Shown here one piece after another: positions 1 to 9,053 of a stretch of DNA of 32,000 nucleotides. Position 1 is the first letter of the stretch. Each line of letters starts with the position of its first letter. The stretch comes from Candidatus Arthromitus sp. SFB-rat-Yit. GTDB lineage: Bacteria > Bacillota > Clostridia > Clostridiales > Clostridiaceae. The DNA lies in contig NC_016012.1 of assembly GCF_000283555.1 (NCBI RefSeq), positions 960,001 through 992,000 of the forward strand. Reading direction: 5' to 3'. The position numbers were made by a program, and so were the translations under genes. The notes under the pieces were generated by a model. That model was not told the DNA's origin and made no database searches. It worked only from the letters and a program-made list of their open reading frames with translations.

Positions 1-1
1 T

Positions 2-502
2 AAAAAAGGCGAAGTTCGTGGAGAAGTTGTATATAAAACTGAAGAGGAATTATTTGCACTATATAATAAAGAAGAATTACAAGAAAAACCTGAACAATTA
101 TCTATGCGTGGTGGTGCTAAATATTCTGATGCTGCATGTAATCTGATTCAAAGTATTTACAATAACACAGGCGATATACAATATGTAAACGTAAAAAATA
201 ACGGTGCTATATCAGACATACCAAATGATTGTGCTGTTGAGATTGCTTGCAGGATAACGGCAGATGGTCCAAAGCCAATTGCAACAGGCAATTTAAAACT
301 TCAAATAAGTGGATATATACAAATGATAAAATCATTTGAAAGAATGGTTGCTGATTGTGCTATAAGTGGAGATAGAAATCTTGCTGTTACTGCACTCAAC
401 ATGAACCCACTTTGTCCTAGTGACACTATTGCAAACATTGTTATTGATGAGCTTATCGAAGCACACAAAGAATACTTACCACAATTCAAAAAAAAGATGT
501 AG
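2..502 (+). CDS. Glycoside hydrolase family 4 phospho-glycosidase (6-phospho-beta-glucosidase CelF/LicH-like), C-terminal part; the 5' end lies outside the window
   Basis: The reading frame is open from the window edge (KKGEVRGEVVYKTEEELFALYNKEE... precedes the first Met at 104). The C-terminal sequence NGAISDIPNDCAVEIACRITADGPKPIATGNL...MNPLCPSD...EAHKEYLPQF matches my memory of GH4 enzymes. Stop at 500-502. Confidence 0.7.
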   Translation, partial: KKGEVRGEVVYKTEEELFALYNKEELQEKPEQLSMRGGAKYSDAACNLIQSIYNNTGDIQYVNVKNNGAISDIPNDCAVEIACRITADGPKPIATGNLKLQISGYIQMIKSFERMVADCAISGDRNLAVTALNMNPLCPSDTIANIVIDELIEAHKEYLPQFKKKM

Positions 503-518
503 CTTAATGCTACATCTT
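494..518. terminator. Bidirectional intrinsic terminator hairpin between the convergent GH4 and ulaE genes
   Basis: Perfect 10-bp stem AAGATGTAGC (494-503) / GCTACATCTT (509-518) with loop TTAAT. An A-run lies upstream and T/A-rich sequence downstream. It overlaps both stop codons. Confidence 0.6.
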
Positions 519-1358
519 AAACACATCATCCAAAATATTCCTCAAAAATTTCACAGCATCCACACAAACTTCTCTCCAATTTTCATTACCAACATACCAA
601 AACTCACCATTAAACATTCTAACTCCCATTTCTCTAAGAAGTATCACATTCTCTTTGAATTCCGTATGACCACGCCCAAACTCTATTTCTCTATAATGGT
701 TAGGTATCGTTTCCTTAAGGTGTGCTGCAAATATATGACCTTTTCCACTTTTTATATCATCATTAACACTATGATTATACAAAAGGCTCGCATTTTTAAG
801 ATTCCCAATATCTGGATAAACTCCAAGATATGGACTATTAATTATATTTACATAATGCATTGCCTTCTTAACTGTGTCCATAAAACTTGTTTCCATAGTT
901 TCAAACCCAAGAATAACACCCTTAGTTGATGCAAGTTCTACGCATTTATATAAATTTTCTTCAAATATTTTTTCAGTTTCACTTGTTGATTCTTCATAAT
1001 AAACATCATACCCAGCAAGCTGTATTATTCGAACTCCTAGATCACTTGCGATATTAATAGCTTTCTCCATTATATCAAGAGATTTTTTTTGTATTTCTTT
1101 ATCCAAATGTCCTAAAGGGAATTTTCTATGAGCACTTAAACATATAGAGTTTATTTTTTGTCCACTCTCAAAAATATCATCTCTTAAAGACTTAATTTCA
1201 TGAGAAGTCCATTCAAGTCTTTTTAATTTTTCATCAGTTTCATCAATGCTCATTTCCAAATAATCAAATCCAAATTCACGATTCAAAGTTAACTTATCAA
1301 TCCAACTCAAATTTGATGGCATACTTTTTTCATACTGACCTAGCAAATAAGGTTTCAT
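510..1358 (-). CDS. ulaE: L-ribulose-5-phosphate 3-epimerase (L-xylulose-5-P 3-epimerase), xylose-isomerase-like TIM barrel
   Basis: 282-aa ORF. The translation (LGQYEKSMP...WIDKLTLNREFGFDYLEMSIDETDEKLKRLEW...IQLAGYDVYYEE...GFETMET) resembles UlaE/SgbU. It is the last gene of a ula-type operon. Confidence 0.85.
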   Translation of the reverse strand: MKPYLLGQYEKSMPSNLSWIDKLTLNREFGFDYLEMSIDETDEKLKRLEWTSHEIKSLRDDIFESGQKINSICLSAHRKFPLGHLDKEIQKKSLDIMEKAINIASDLGVRIIQLAGYDVYYEESTSETEKIFEENLYKCVELASTKGVILGFETMETSFMDTVKKAMHYVNIINSPYLGVYPDIGNLKNASLLYNHSVNDDIKSGKGHIFAAHLKETIPNHYREIEFGRGHTEFKENVILLREMGVRMFNGEFWYVGNENWREVCVDAVKFLRNILDDVFKM

Positions 1359-1364
1359 TTAAAA

Positions 1365-2063
1365 TCACCCCTGTCCATAATAAGAGTTTGGTCCATGTTT
1401 CCTCTTAAAATGTTTATTTAAAAGTACTGTATCCATTTTTTCTAATTTATTACCTGTTAATTGATTACTCAAATATGCCATATTTGCACATTCTTCAAGT
1501 ACAACAGCATTATGAACTGCATCAAAAGCATCTTTACCCCAAGAAAAAGGTCCATGACTTTTAACAAGCACAGAAGGAACATGGTTCGCATCTATATTTC
1601 TTGTATTAAAAGTTTCAACTATAACTTTTCCAGTTTCAGCTTCATACTCTCCATTTATCTCTTTTTCATTCATATCCCTTGTGCAAGGAATATCTCCATA
1701 AAAATAATCTGCATGAGTAGTTCCCAAAGCTATTATATCTCTTCCAGCTTGTGCCCAAGCCGTAGCATATCTCGAATGAGTATGAACAACACCTCCCACA
1801 TCTTTAAAATTCTTATAAATTTCAATGTGAGTCATAAGGTCAGAACTAGGTTTTAAATTTCCTTCAATAACTTTACCATCCAAATCACAAACAACTATAT
1901 CGCTTTCTTTCATAACCTCATAATCAACACCGCTAGGTTTTATTAAAACTAATCCAGTTTCCCTATCAATTGCAGAAACATTTCCCCAAGTCATAATTAC
2001 AAGATTATATTTTGGCAATAATAAATTTGCCTCAAATACTTCTCTCTTTAAATTTTCTAACAC
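1365..2063 (-). CDS. ulaF: L-ribulose-5-phosphate 4-epimerase (class II aldolase/adducin fold)
   Basis: 232-aa ORF. Motifs [38 protein letters not shown] and [16 protein letters not shown] are typical of AraD/UlaF/SgbE. A 6-nt gap separates it from ulaE. Confidence 0.9.
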   Translation of the reverse strand: MLENLKREVFEANLLLPKYNLVIMTWGNVSAIDRETGLVLIKPSGVDYEVMKESDIVVCDLDGKVIEGNLKPSSDLMTHIEIYKNFKDVGGVVHTHSRYATAWAQAGRDIIALGTTHADYFYGDIPCTRDMNEKEINGEYEAETGKVIVETFNTRNIDANHVPSVLVKSHGPFSWGKDAFDAVHNAVVLEECANMAYLSNQLTGNKLEKMDTVLLNKHFKRKHGPNSYYGQG

Positions 2064-2075
2064 AATAACCCCTCC

Positions 2076-3119
2076 TTAATCTTCAACAATATAAACAACA
2101 GCCTCATTTGCAGTGTGGTTTGCACTCAAAATCAAATCCCTATTACCTTCATTTACTAAATGCAGATTTGCAGGACCTACACCCTTGTCTATTATATTAG
2201 TAACAAATTTTCCATCAACATATTGAACATAAAATAACTCAGCATCTATACGTCTAACTCCTGCAATAAATGTTGGAACACCTCTCAAGGTTCCAGATGT
2301 AAGTGAATGTGCAAAATCAATTTCATTCTCATAAGTATAAACTTTTTTATACTCTCCATCTATCATCTTGTGAATATGAATTTTGTTTCCGTGAAATGCC
2401 TCTATTGTCATAATTTCCTTAACTCCATCATTATCAATATCGATTAAAGAAACCTCTCCAACCATTCCATCCATAACTTTCTCCACACTCCACTCACCTC
2501 CTAAATTTTTAGGTGGCTTAACCTTATAAAGACCATCATCACAACCAAAGTAACCGCAAACACTTCCATCTGAATCATAATCTCTAGAATATCCATGATT
2601 TCTGAACATTCCATCTCTTAAAACTTCAACTTTCAATTCTTCTTCTGGACTTTCTGGGAGAACTCCTACATAAATTTTCCCAGCACGACTCCAATCCTCT
2701 TTGTTATCTTTTAATTCAGCTATAGTTGCAACTATAAAATAATTCACATCTCCAACTCTATAAATATCAAATCTATGAATATATGGGATTTGTAAAATAT
2801 CTTTATATTCCCACTTCCCATCAACAAGTTTTCCCCAAACAACCTTAGCAAGAGATGGTGAAACTTTCATATAAAATTCTTGAATTGCAAGGAACTCTTT
2901 TTCCTTATTTGGTATCGGGATAAGTGACATACATCCCCCTGCCTTTTTCCAAAGCTCGCAATCAAATTCAAAATTTTCTCCCTTAAAACTTTCACAAATA
3001 ACATCAGGATCTTCACTTGCAAAAATGTAATGATTTACACCATCATAATTCATGCTACTAACTGCATAACATCTTTTGATATCATCTAACTTCTTTTTAG
3101 TAATCTTCATTTTAAACAC
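2076..3119 (-). CDS. Hypothetical protein X, probably a beta-propeller (FG-GAP/VCBS-like D-x-D-x-DG motif); function unknown
   Basis: 347-aa ORF with a good RBS (AAGGAGTG 6 nt upstream of the ATG). It has no signal peptide and is beta-strand-rich. The motif LIDIDNDGVKEI resembles FG-GAP/VCBS calcium-binding loops. It sits inside the ula operon between ulaB and ulaF. Confidence 0.6.
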   Translation of the reverse strand: MFKMKITKKKLDDIKRCYAVSSMNYDGVNHYIFASEDPDVICESFKGENFEFDCELWKKAGGCMSLIPIPNKEKEFLAIQEFYMKVSPSLAKVVWGKLVDGKWEYKDILQIPYIHRFDIYRVGDVNYFIVATIAELKDNKEDWSRAGKIYVGVLPESPEEELKVEVLRDGMFRNHGYSRDYDSDGSVCGYFGCDDGLYKVKPPKNLGGEWSVEKVMDGMVGEVSLIDIDNDGVKEIMTIEAFHGNKIHIHKMIDGEYKKVYTYENEIDFAHSLTSGTLRGVPTFIAGVRRIDAELFYVQYVDGKFVTNIIDKGVGPANLHLVNEGNRDLILSANHTANEAVVYIVED

Positions 3120-3143
3120 TCCTTAACAATTTTCAGATACAAG

Positions 3144-3168
3144 AAAAGCTACCTTTACGGTAGCCTTA
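3144..3168 (-). terminator. Terminator-like hairpin (possible internal attenuator) between ulaB and ORF X
   Basis: The minus-strand RNA reads AGGCUACC-GUAAA-GGUAGCUU followed by UUUCUUG. The stem is 8 bp including one G-U pair. It starts 2 nt after the ulaB stop. Confidence 0.4.
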
Positions 3169-3169
3169 A

Positions 3170-3469
3170 TTATTTTATACCAGCACCAAGTAAAGACTCT
3201 TCAATTTCCTTTACTGACATAACGTTTTTCAATCCAACAATTTTTGTTCCTTTTTTCTCTGCATCTTGAAACATTGGAACAAAGTTCTTAGAACATAATA
3301 CGACGTCATATTGTGATGCTAATGATTTCCCTTCTGATATTGCACAATGGTAAATTGATTGAACATCTAAACCAATTTTTTTAACAACCTTCTCAACATT
3401 TAATTTTATCATCATACTAGTTCCTGCACCATTTCCACAACAAACTAGCAATTTTAATTTTCCTGCCAT
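3170..3469 (-). CDS. ulaB: PTS ascorbate-family EIIB component
   Basis: KLKLLVCCGNGAGTSMMIKLNVEKV carries the active-site Cys context of UlaB/SgaB-type IIB. The ORF track begins at a GTG (3478), but the ATG at 3469 has GAGGTG 6 nt upstream, so I prefer 3469. Confidence 0.85.
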   Translation of the reverse strand: MAGKLKLLVCCGNGAGTSMMIKLNVEKVVKKIGLDVQSIYHCAISEGKSLASQYDVVLCSKNFVPMFQDAEKKGTKIVGLKNVMSVKEIEESLLGAGIK

Positions 3470-3483
3470 AATATACACCTCAA

Positions 3484-4938
3484 TTATTTATTAGTCTTTT
3501 CTTTATAAGCTTCCCAATCTTCAACAATCAAGAAATAAGTATCTGGTCTTTTACGATATTGAAGCTGTGGAATAATAATTAGAATTAGAACAACTATAGC
3601 TATTCCAATATATCCAGCAAACTTCATAATAACTGTAAATATTGGCCATACAGTAGCCCAGTCAAACATTCCTATATATCCTCCAAATGCCGCAAGTCCA
3701 ACCCATCCTGCAATAAGAGCTGAGCCAAATACTTGTATAAGTCCAGATATAAATGGAAATAACATCGCTGCTCTTATTCCTCCGCGGTTATCTGCATAAA
3801 CAGCTATTACCGCATTATCAAAGAATAAAGGCACAAATCCCGCGATAATAAGCGTTGGAGATTTAATAAGTAAAAGGATTAAAATAGCCAAAAATTGTCC
3901 TAATGCTCCCATAATAAATCCAACAGTTACTGCATTAGAAGAACCAAATCCAAACACTGCAGCACAATCGATTCCTGGAACAGATCCTGGTAAGAATGAA
4001 TTTGAAATTCCTTGGAAAGATTGAGTAAGTTCTGTTACAAACGTCCTAACTCCAAGTTGCAATATCGATAAATAAACTGCAAAGTTTAATGAAGTTGTTA
4101 ATGTATAGAAGAAGAAATTATCACTCGCACTAAGGAATTGAGATTGAACTAAATAATCTTTTCCCAAAACTGCAAGTATAATTCCAAAGAACACGAACAT
4201 TAAACATGAAGTCGCAACTATATTTTCATTAAATATTGATAAAAATCCTGGAAACTTTATGTCATCAAGTTTCTTACCGTCGGCTCTCTTAAGTTTCTCT
4301 GCGAGTTTTGAGAAAATAGCTATTCCAAACATTTGTTGGTGAGCTATACAAAACCCTCCACCATCAGTTAATTCTTGAGTAATCTCAACTGTTAAGTTTG
4401 AACCAACAGCCCAGTAAAGTCCCAATATAATTCCCATTGTTATAAGTATCCAAACATCATTTAAAAATGGGAAACAAAATAGTATAAGCCAAAAAGCAGT
4501 TGATGCCTGTTGTACTTGAACGTGACCTGTTGTAAATACCGCTCTCATTTTTGTATATTTTTTAAATTTAACCAACAATAAATTCATTATAAAAGCAATC
4601 AACAACAATATTAAAACATTAGAAAAAGTTCTACCAAAAACTGGTGACAAACCTGCATTTACAGCATTCTGTCCAAAATAAGGATCAATAACAGCTGCAC
4701 TTAAATTAAATCTCTCTTTAAGTCCAACAAGAATTGGTCTAAAATTATTTACAAGTCCTGATGATCCAACCGATAAGATCATATATCCAACGGTAGCTTT
4801 TATAAAACCAGAAAATGCATCATATACAGGTTTTTTTAACAATAAATAACCAATTAAAACCATAAAACCTATAAGATAAGCTGGCTTAGTTAAAATATTG
4901 TTCGCAAAAAATTCCCAAATACCAATTAAAAATTCCAT
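3484..4938 (-). CDS. ulaA: PTS ascorbate-family EIIC permease
   Basis: 484-aa polytopic membrane protein of UlaA/SgaT length. It lies between the IIA and IIB genes. Confidence 0.9.
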   Translation of the reverse strand: MEFLIGIWEFFANNILTKPAYLIGFMVLIGYLLLKKPVYDAFSGFIKATVGYMILSVGSSGLVNNFRPILVGLKERFNLSAAVIDPYFGQNAVNAGLSPVFGRTFSNVLILLLIAFIMNLLLVKFKKYTKMRAVFTTGHVQVQQASTAFWLILFCFPFLNDVWILITMGIILGLYWAVGSNLTVEITQELTDGGGFCIAHQQMFGIAIFSKLAEKLKRADGKKLDDIKFPGFLSIFNENIVATSCLMFVFFGIILAVLGKDYLVQSQFLSASDNFFFYTLTTSLNFAVYLSILQLGVRTFVTELTQSFQGISNSFLPGSVPGIDCAAVFGFGSSNAVTVGFIMGALGQFLAILILLLIKSPTLIIAGFVPLFFDNAVIAVYADNRGGIRAAMLFPFISGLIQVFGSALIAGWVGLAAFGGYIGMFDWATVWPIFTVIMKFAGYIGIAIVVLILIIIPQLQYRKRPDTYFLIVEDWEAYKEKTNK

Positions 4939-4948
4939 AATAATACTC

Positions 4949-5410
4949 CTATTTGTATTTATCTACAATTTTTCGGAACTCCTGTTCATTATCAGCCTCT
5001 AAAAGTTCTGATACCAATTCTTCATTTTCCAATACTTCCATTAAACCTTGTAAATTTTTAATGTGCTCCTCGTTATCCCGTATTGAAAGTGAAAAAAATA
5101 ATCGTGCCTGCTTTTCACTATCATTGGGATCAAATATTACTGGTTTTTTCACTTTCATGAAAGCTATACTAGTTTCTTTACACCAATCTTCATTTACATT
5201 TGAATGGGGCATCGCTATATCTTTCATAAGAACGATATAAGGTCCATATTCTTCTACACTTTTAATAACAGCATCTACATAAAAATCGTTTACAATTCCA
5301 TTTTTAAGAAACGGAACATAACTAGCTTTAATTGCTTCTCTCCAATCGTCAAAACTTTCATGAAATGAATAATAAGATTTATCTAATATTTTTTTTAGCA
5401 CTAAAATCAT
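4949..5410 (-). CDS. ulaC: PTS ascorbate-family EIIA component (mannitol/fructose-type IIA fold)
   Basis: 153 aa. GPYIVLMKDIAMPHS contains the phosphorylatable His context seen in UlaC (GPYFVLAPGLAMPHG in E. coli, from memory). Confidence 0.85.
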   Translation of the reverse strand: MILVLKKILDKSYYSFHESFDDWREAIKASYVPFLKNGIVNDFYVDAVIKSVEEYGPYIVLMKDIAMPHSNVNEDWCKETSIAFMKVKKPVIFDPNDSEKQARLFFSLSIRDNEEHIKNLQGLMEVLENEELVSELLEADNEQEFRKIVDKYK

Positions 5411-5413
5411 CTC

Positions 5414-6472
5414 CTATAAAATTGAACGGAATGGAACGTTAGGTTCATCTGTGAAACAATCTTCAAAACCTCTTCTATAATGATACTGACGCTTATCTTT
5501 ATCATTTGGATAAATAAATTTTCCTCCAACATCCCAAATAAATGGTTTAAACTTATATTGAAGTACATCTTTCTTGTACTCATAAAGCATATTAACTTCT
5601 TGAGGATCAGCTTTAAAATTAGTCCAAACATCATAATGGAAAGGAATTACAACCTTGCATTGAAGTGCTTCAGCCATACGCAATACGTCAATTGATGTCA
5701 TTTTATCTTGATTTCCAATAGGATTTTCCCCAAAAGATCCAAGAGCAACGTCTATTTCATAATCTTTCCCATGTTTTGCGTAATACACAGAATAATGTGA
5801 ATCTCCACTATGGTATATACTTCCAGCATCAGTCTTTATTAAATAGTTAACAGCTTTTTCATCCATATCAGTTGGACAAACTCCTCTGATATCTTCATCA
5901 GCAGTAACCAAACAAGTTCTATCAAAACTATCTAAAACTACAATTTCAACCTCATTTATCTTAACTACATCACCAGGTTTAACTTCAACACATCTATCAG
6001 CAGGCACTCCATAAGAAAGCCACTTCTCTATACATTTTTTAGGTCCAATGAATGGAACTTTTTTCTCAACATTTTTCATAACTGCAGCTGCATAAAAAGG
6101 ATCTATATGATCGTTATGGTAATGTGTGGATAAAACTGCATCAACATTTTTAACAGCAAATGGATCAAATACAATTGGAGCTGCCCTTAAATTAGGCTGA
6201 GTTGCTCTACCACCCGTCATATTTCTCATTTGATGATACTTATCCATTTCTTTAACTTTTTTACTTCTTTTACCATTTCCAAACCATAAATCGATTGAGA
6301 TATTAGTATTTTGATGAGTTTTAACCCAAATACCTGTACACCCAATCCACCACATTGCAAATGTTCCTTTTTCTACAACTTCTTCATCTATCTCTTCATT
6401 AAGCCAAGTTCCCCACTCAGGAAATGCCCCAAGTATCCAAGACTCTCTAGTTATTTCATCTATCTTACTCAA
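5414..6472 (-). CDS. ulaG: L-ascorbate-6-phosphate lactonase (metallo-beta-lactamase superfamily)
   Basis: [33 protein letters not shown] and YHSGDSHYS are collinear with E. coli UlaG. The ORF is open to an ATG at 6490 that has no RBS. A TTG at 6472 is preceded by AGGGGTG plus 6 nt and matches the E. coli N-terminus, so 6472 is preferred. Confidence 0.9.
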   Translation of the reverse strand: MSKIDEITRESWILGAFPEWGTWLNEEIDEEVVEKGTFAMWWIGCTGIWVKTHQNTNISIDLWFGNGKRSKKVKEMDKYHQMRNMTGGRATQPNLRAAPIVFDPFAVKNVDAVLSTHYHNDHIDPFYAAAVMKNVEKKVPFIGPKKCIEKWLSYGVPADRCVEVKPGDVVKINEVEIVVLDSFDRTCLVTADEDIRGVCPTDMDEKAVNYLIKTDAGSIYHSGDSHYSVYYAKHGKDYEIDVALGSFGENPIGNQDKMTSIDVLRMAEALQCKVVIPFHYDVWTNFKADPQEVNMLYEYKKDVLQYKFKPFIWDVGGKFIYPNDKDKRQYHYRRGFEDCFTDEPNVPFRSIL

Positions 6473-6533
6473 TTTAAACACCCCTAACATTTATTATATA
6501 TATTTTAAATTTACTATAAGACATTGTCTAAAT

Positions 6534-6592
6534 TCAATTGTTTTTAAGAACATTTTTATTTTTATATGATCATTTTTATTTAATCAATTGTT
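6534..6592. promoter_or_regulatory. Candidate DeoR/UlaR operator repeats in the ulaG-ulaR divergent intergenic region
   Basis: TCAATTGTT occurs at 6534-6542 and 6584-6592, exactly 50 nt apart, and contains the CAATTG palindrome. CATTTTTATTT occurs at 6551-6561 and 6571-6581, 20 nt apart. Confidence 0.3.
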
Positions 6593-6611
6593 AATAATAA
6601 TATAATAATAT

Positions 6612-6642
6612 TTGACAAACCATAATTTTAAACAGTTATAAT
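6612..6642 (+). promoter_or_regulatory. Putative sigma-A promoter for the DeoR regulator
   Basis: TTGACA (6612-6617) and TATAAT (6637-6642) are both perfect hexamers, but the spacer is 19 nt, longer than optimal. Confidence 0.4.
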
Positions 6643-6698
6643 AAAATTAATCATAAGTGCAATGGTACAATTATTTATTTGATAAAGTGGTGAGTATT

Positions 6699-7445
6699 TT
6701 GAAAATATCCAAGAAAATAATCAATACTCGTAGAGGCAAAATACTAATGGAAATACAAACCTCCGACAAAGTATTCGTAAACACTCTTTCTAAAAAACTT
6801 AAAGTATCCCCTCTAACAATTAGACGTGATTTACAAGTACTTGAAGACAATGGTTTTATTGAGAGATTCTATGGAGGTGCAAAATTTAAAAACAAAAATT
6901 TATACATAAAAGAAAGGAAGGATTATATTGATTCAATCGCAAAAATAGCTTCAAATTATGTTGAGGATAATGATATTATTTTTGTAAACACTAGTAAAAT
7001 AACTTTAAAAATGCTTGAATATATACACAATAAAAATGTAAATGTTATCACAAATAACGCAAACGCTATACTCATAAATAATCCAAACATATCAGTTATT
7101 TTAACTGGCGGTGATTTAAACACAAACAAAAAATCATTAACTGGTGAACTTGCAGTTAGAACATTGAATAATATTATTGCCACTAAATGCTTTCTTGGAT
7201 GCAGTGGAATCACTACAAATGGATTTACCTCAATAATCCCACAAGAAGCCTGCGTAAATGAATGCATGATTAAAAGATGTATTGGAAATGTATTTATCTT
7301 AGCCGAAACTTCAAAAATCGGACGTGAATGTAACTTTTTAAGTGGTACGATAAATATGATAAATACTTTAATAACTGACTCTTCTCCATCCGATGAACTC
7401 ATAAATATCCAAAAAAAGGGTATAAAAATAATTTATTCCCATTAA
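6699..7445 (+). CDS. ulaR: DeoR-family transcriptional repressor (UlaR-like) with HTH plus sugar-phosphate-binding C-terminal domain
   Basis: RRGKILMEIQTSDKVFVNTLSKKLKVSPLTIRRDLQVLEDNGFIERFYGGA is a typical DeoR N-terminal HTH. The gene is divergent from the ula operon. The ORF is open from a GTG at 6657. A TTG at 6699 has GGTGAG 5 nt upstream; an ATG at 6747 is another option. Confidence 0.8.
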   Translation: MKISKKIINTRRGKILMEIQTSDKVFVNTLSKKLKVSPLTIRRDLQVLEDNGFIERFYGGAKFKNKNLYIKERKDYIDSIAKIASNYVEDNDIIFVNTSKITLKMLEYIHNKNVNVITNNANAILINNPNISVILTGGDLNTNKKSLTGELAVRTLNNIIATKCFLGCSGITTNGFTSIIPQEACVNECMIKRCIGNVFILAETSKIGRECNFLSGTINMINTLITDSSPSDELINIQKKGIKIIYSH

Positions 7446-7452
7446 AAACACC

Positions 7453-7485
7453 AAAAAGAGTATTTGAAAAACAAATACTCTTTTA
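7453..7485. terminator. Bidirectional intrinsic terminator
   Basis: Perfect 13-bp stem AAAAGAGTATTTG (7454-7466) / CAAATACTCTTTT (7472-7484) with loop AAAAA. It lies between the convergent ulaR and 86-aa ORF. Confidence 0.7.
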
Positions 7486-7495
7486 ATTTATAATT

Positions 7496-7756
7496 TTATT
7501 TTTTCCATCTCTTAATTTTAGTTTTTCCATCTTTAGTGCTAGAAATTTTTTGTACAAAGCCCTTAACTTGATCAAAAATATCCATTGCTATCTTTTTGTT
7601 ATTTTCATTTGTAACAACTGCTTTTGCTTTTCTAAAAATTTCTTTTACAGAAAATTTATCATATCCTATGGTATGAACAACATTTCTCTTTGGTTTTTTC
7701 TTAGATTTACTATCGATGATTTTCCTTAACTCAGATATATCAAATTTAAAATTCAT
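7496..7756 (-). CDS. Small lysine-rich hypothetical protein
   Basis: 86-aa ORF, very basic (KSKKKPKR, KTKIKRWKK). It lies 15 nt downstream of cutC on the same strand, between cutC and a terminator. I recognise no family. Confidence 0.45.
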   Translation of the reverse strand: MNFKFDISELRKIIDSKSKKKPKRNVVHTIGYDKFSVKEIFRKAKAVVTNENNKKIAMDIFDQVKGFVQKISSTKDGKTKIKRWKK

Positions 7757-7771
7757 AACTATACTTCTCCT

Positions 7772-8530
7772 CTATTTTTCAGAGTAATTATTTAAAATAT
7801 TTTTTGCTTTTCTTATCTCATCTTCGTTCGTTACCCACAATTCATATTCACTTAACCCTTGTACACCCATACTCACATTGCTATTTCTAAATTTCATTCC
7901 ACTATCCAAAACCTGTTTAGCTGACATATGAAACGCTTTAACTTTGGTTTTCAATAAAAATTCCTTCATCACATCTGTATTCATACCTGAACCTGCCATT
8001 ATAGAAATTTTACCACTCGATTTTTCATTCAAATTATTTATTAAATCAATTCCATTTAAACAATTATTTTGTTGCCCAGAAGTCAAAATTGTATGAATTC
8101 CAAGATCTATTGATTGATTCAACACTTCAAATGGATCTCGACAAACATCAAAAGCTCTATGAAGTACGATATTTATATTCCCACTAACTTCCTTTATCTC
8201 TTTCATAAAATCATAATCAAGTTCCCCATTACTTTTTAATGCTCCTACAACAATTCCATCAGCTCCAGCATCACGAAATAGTTCGACCTCATATTTCATA
8301 ATATTTTTTTCATAATTTGTATATAAAAAATCTCCAAATCTAGGTCTTAAAAGAACATGGATAGGTATATTAGATATCTTTCTAATTTCTTTAAACAAGA
8401 ATATACTCGGACTCGTCCCCCCAATTATCAAATTCGCACAAAGCTCTAGTCTATCTGCACCGCCATTTATTGCATTTATAGCTGATTCAACACTATCAAT
8501 ACAACACTCCAAAATAAATTTATTTTTCAT
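7772..8530 (-). CDS. cutC: Copper homeostasis protein CutC family (TIM barrel)
   Basis: LECCIDSVESAINAINGGADRLELCANL..GGTSPS, LRPRFGDFLY, HRAFD and ILTSGQ are collinear with E. coli CutC from memory. Confidence 0.85.
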   Translation of the reverse strand: MKNKFILECCIDSVESAINAINGGADRLELCANLIIGGTSPSIFLFKEIRKISNIPIHVLLRPRFGDFLYTNYEKNIMKYEVELFRDAGADGIVVGALKSNGELDYDFMKEIKEVSGNINIVLHRAFDVCRDPFEVLNQSIDLGIHTILTSGQQNNCLNGIDLINNLNEKSSGKISIMAGSGMNTDVMKEFLLKTKVKAFHMSAKQVLDSGMKFRNSNVSMGVQGLSEYELWVTNEDEIRKAKNILNNYSEK

Positions 8531-8640
8531 GTAAAAGCCCTCTCACAATTAAAGATATCATTAATAATAAGATACTTTAAAATGAGGATGTTTTAAAGTA
8601 TAATTTAAATTAAAATTATATAATTTTGAGGTCACAATAC

Positions 8641-8997
8641 ATGAAATATATTTATATATTCTTAGGGGGTTTATTTTTTATAATTGGAGTAATTGGAATA
8701 GCTCTACCTTTAATACCAACAACTCCCCTATTTCTATTAACACTAGTTTGTTTTACAAAATCTTCTCCCAAACTTGAAAAAAAATTTATCGAATCTAAAT
8801 TCTACAAAAAATATCTAGAAGACTTCATGAAAAATAAAAGACTTCCTCTAAAACGCAAAATATTTTTGTTATGTTTGGCTACAACCATGATGTCTTTTCC
8901 CTTAATAATACTTGATAACCTAATAATTAAACTTATAGTTATAATACTACTTGCATATCTTTATTACTATTTTTTATTCAAAATAAAAAATTATTGA
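8641..8997 (+). CDS. DUF454 (YbaN-like) small inner-membrane protein
   Basis: GVIGIALPLIPTTPLFLLTLVCFTKSSPKLEKKF is the typical YbaN/DUF454 N-terminus. The ATG at 8641 has GAGG 9 nt upstream. The ORF-track TTG at 8626 overlaps that RBS. Confidence 0.7.
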   Translation: MKYIYIFLGGLFFIIGVIGIALPLIPTTPLFLLTLVCFTKSSPKLEKKFIESKFYKKYLEDFMKNKRLPLKRKIFLLCLATTMMSFPLIILDNLIIKLIVIILLAYLYYYFLFKIKNY

Positions 8998-9053
8998 GAC
9001 CATAATTCTTTTAATGTATAATTAGGAATATAGTAAATTTAAGGAGGTTAATG

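Noticed and set aside
184-197. A cre-like sequence TGTAAACGTAAAAA inside the GH4 gene.
   Set aside because: It lacks the 3' half of the CcpA palindrome (..CA) and lies deep in a coding region.
301-7402. Antisense or overlapping ORFs in the left third (301-489 -, 420-929 +, 1461-1856 +, 4953-5240 +, 5407-5634 -, 5480-5695 +, 6956-7402 -).
   Set aside because: Each lies entirely inside, or mostly opposite, a well-supported gene (GH4, ulaE, ulaF, ulaC, ulaG, ulaR). Their translations are low-complexity S/F/I/L-rich, typical of the antisense frame of AT-rich genes. None has an RBS.
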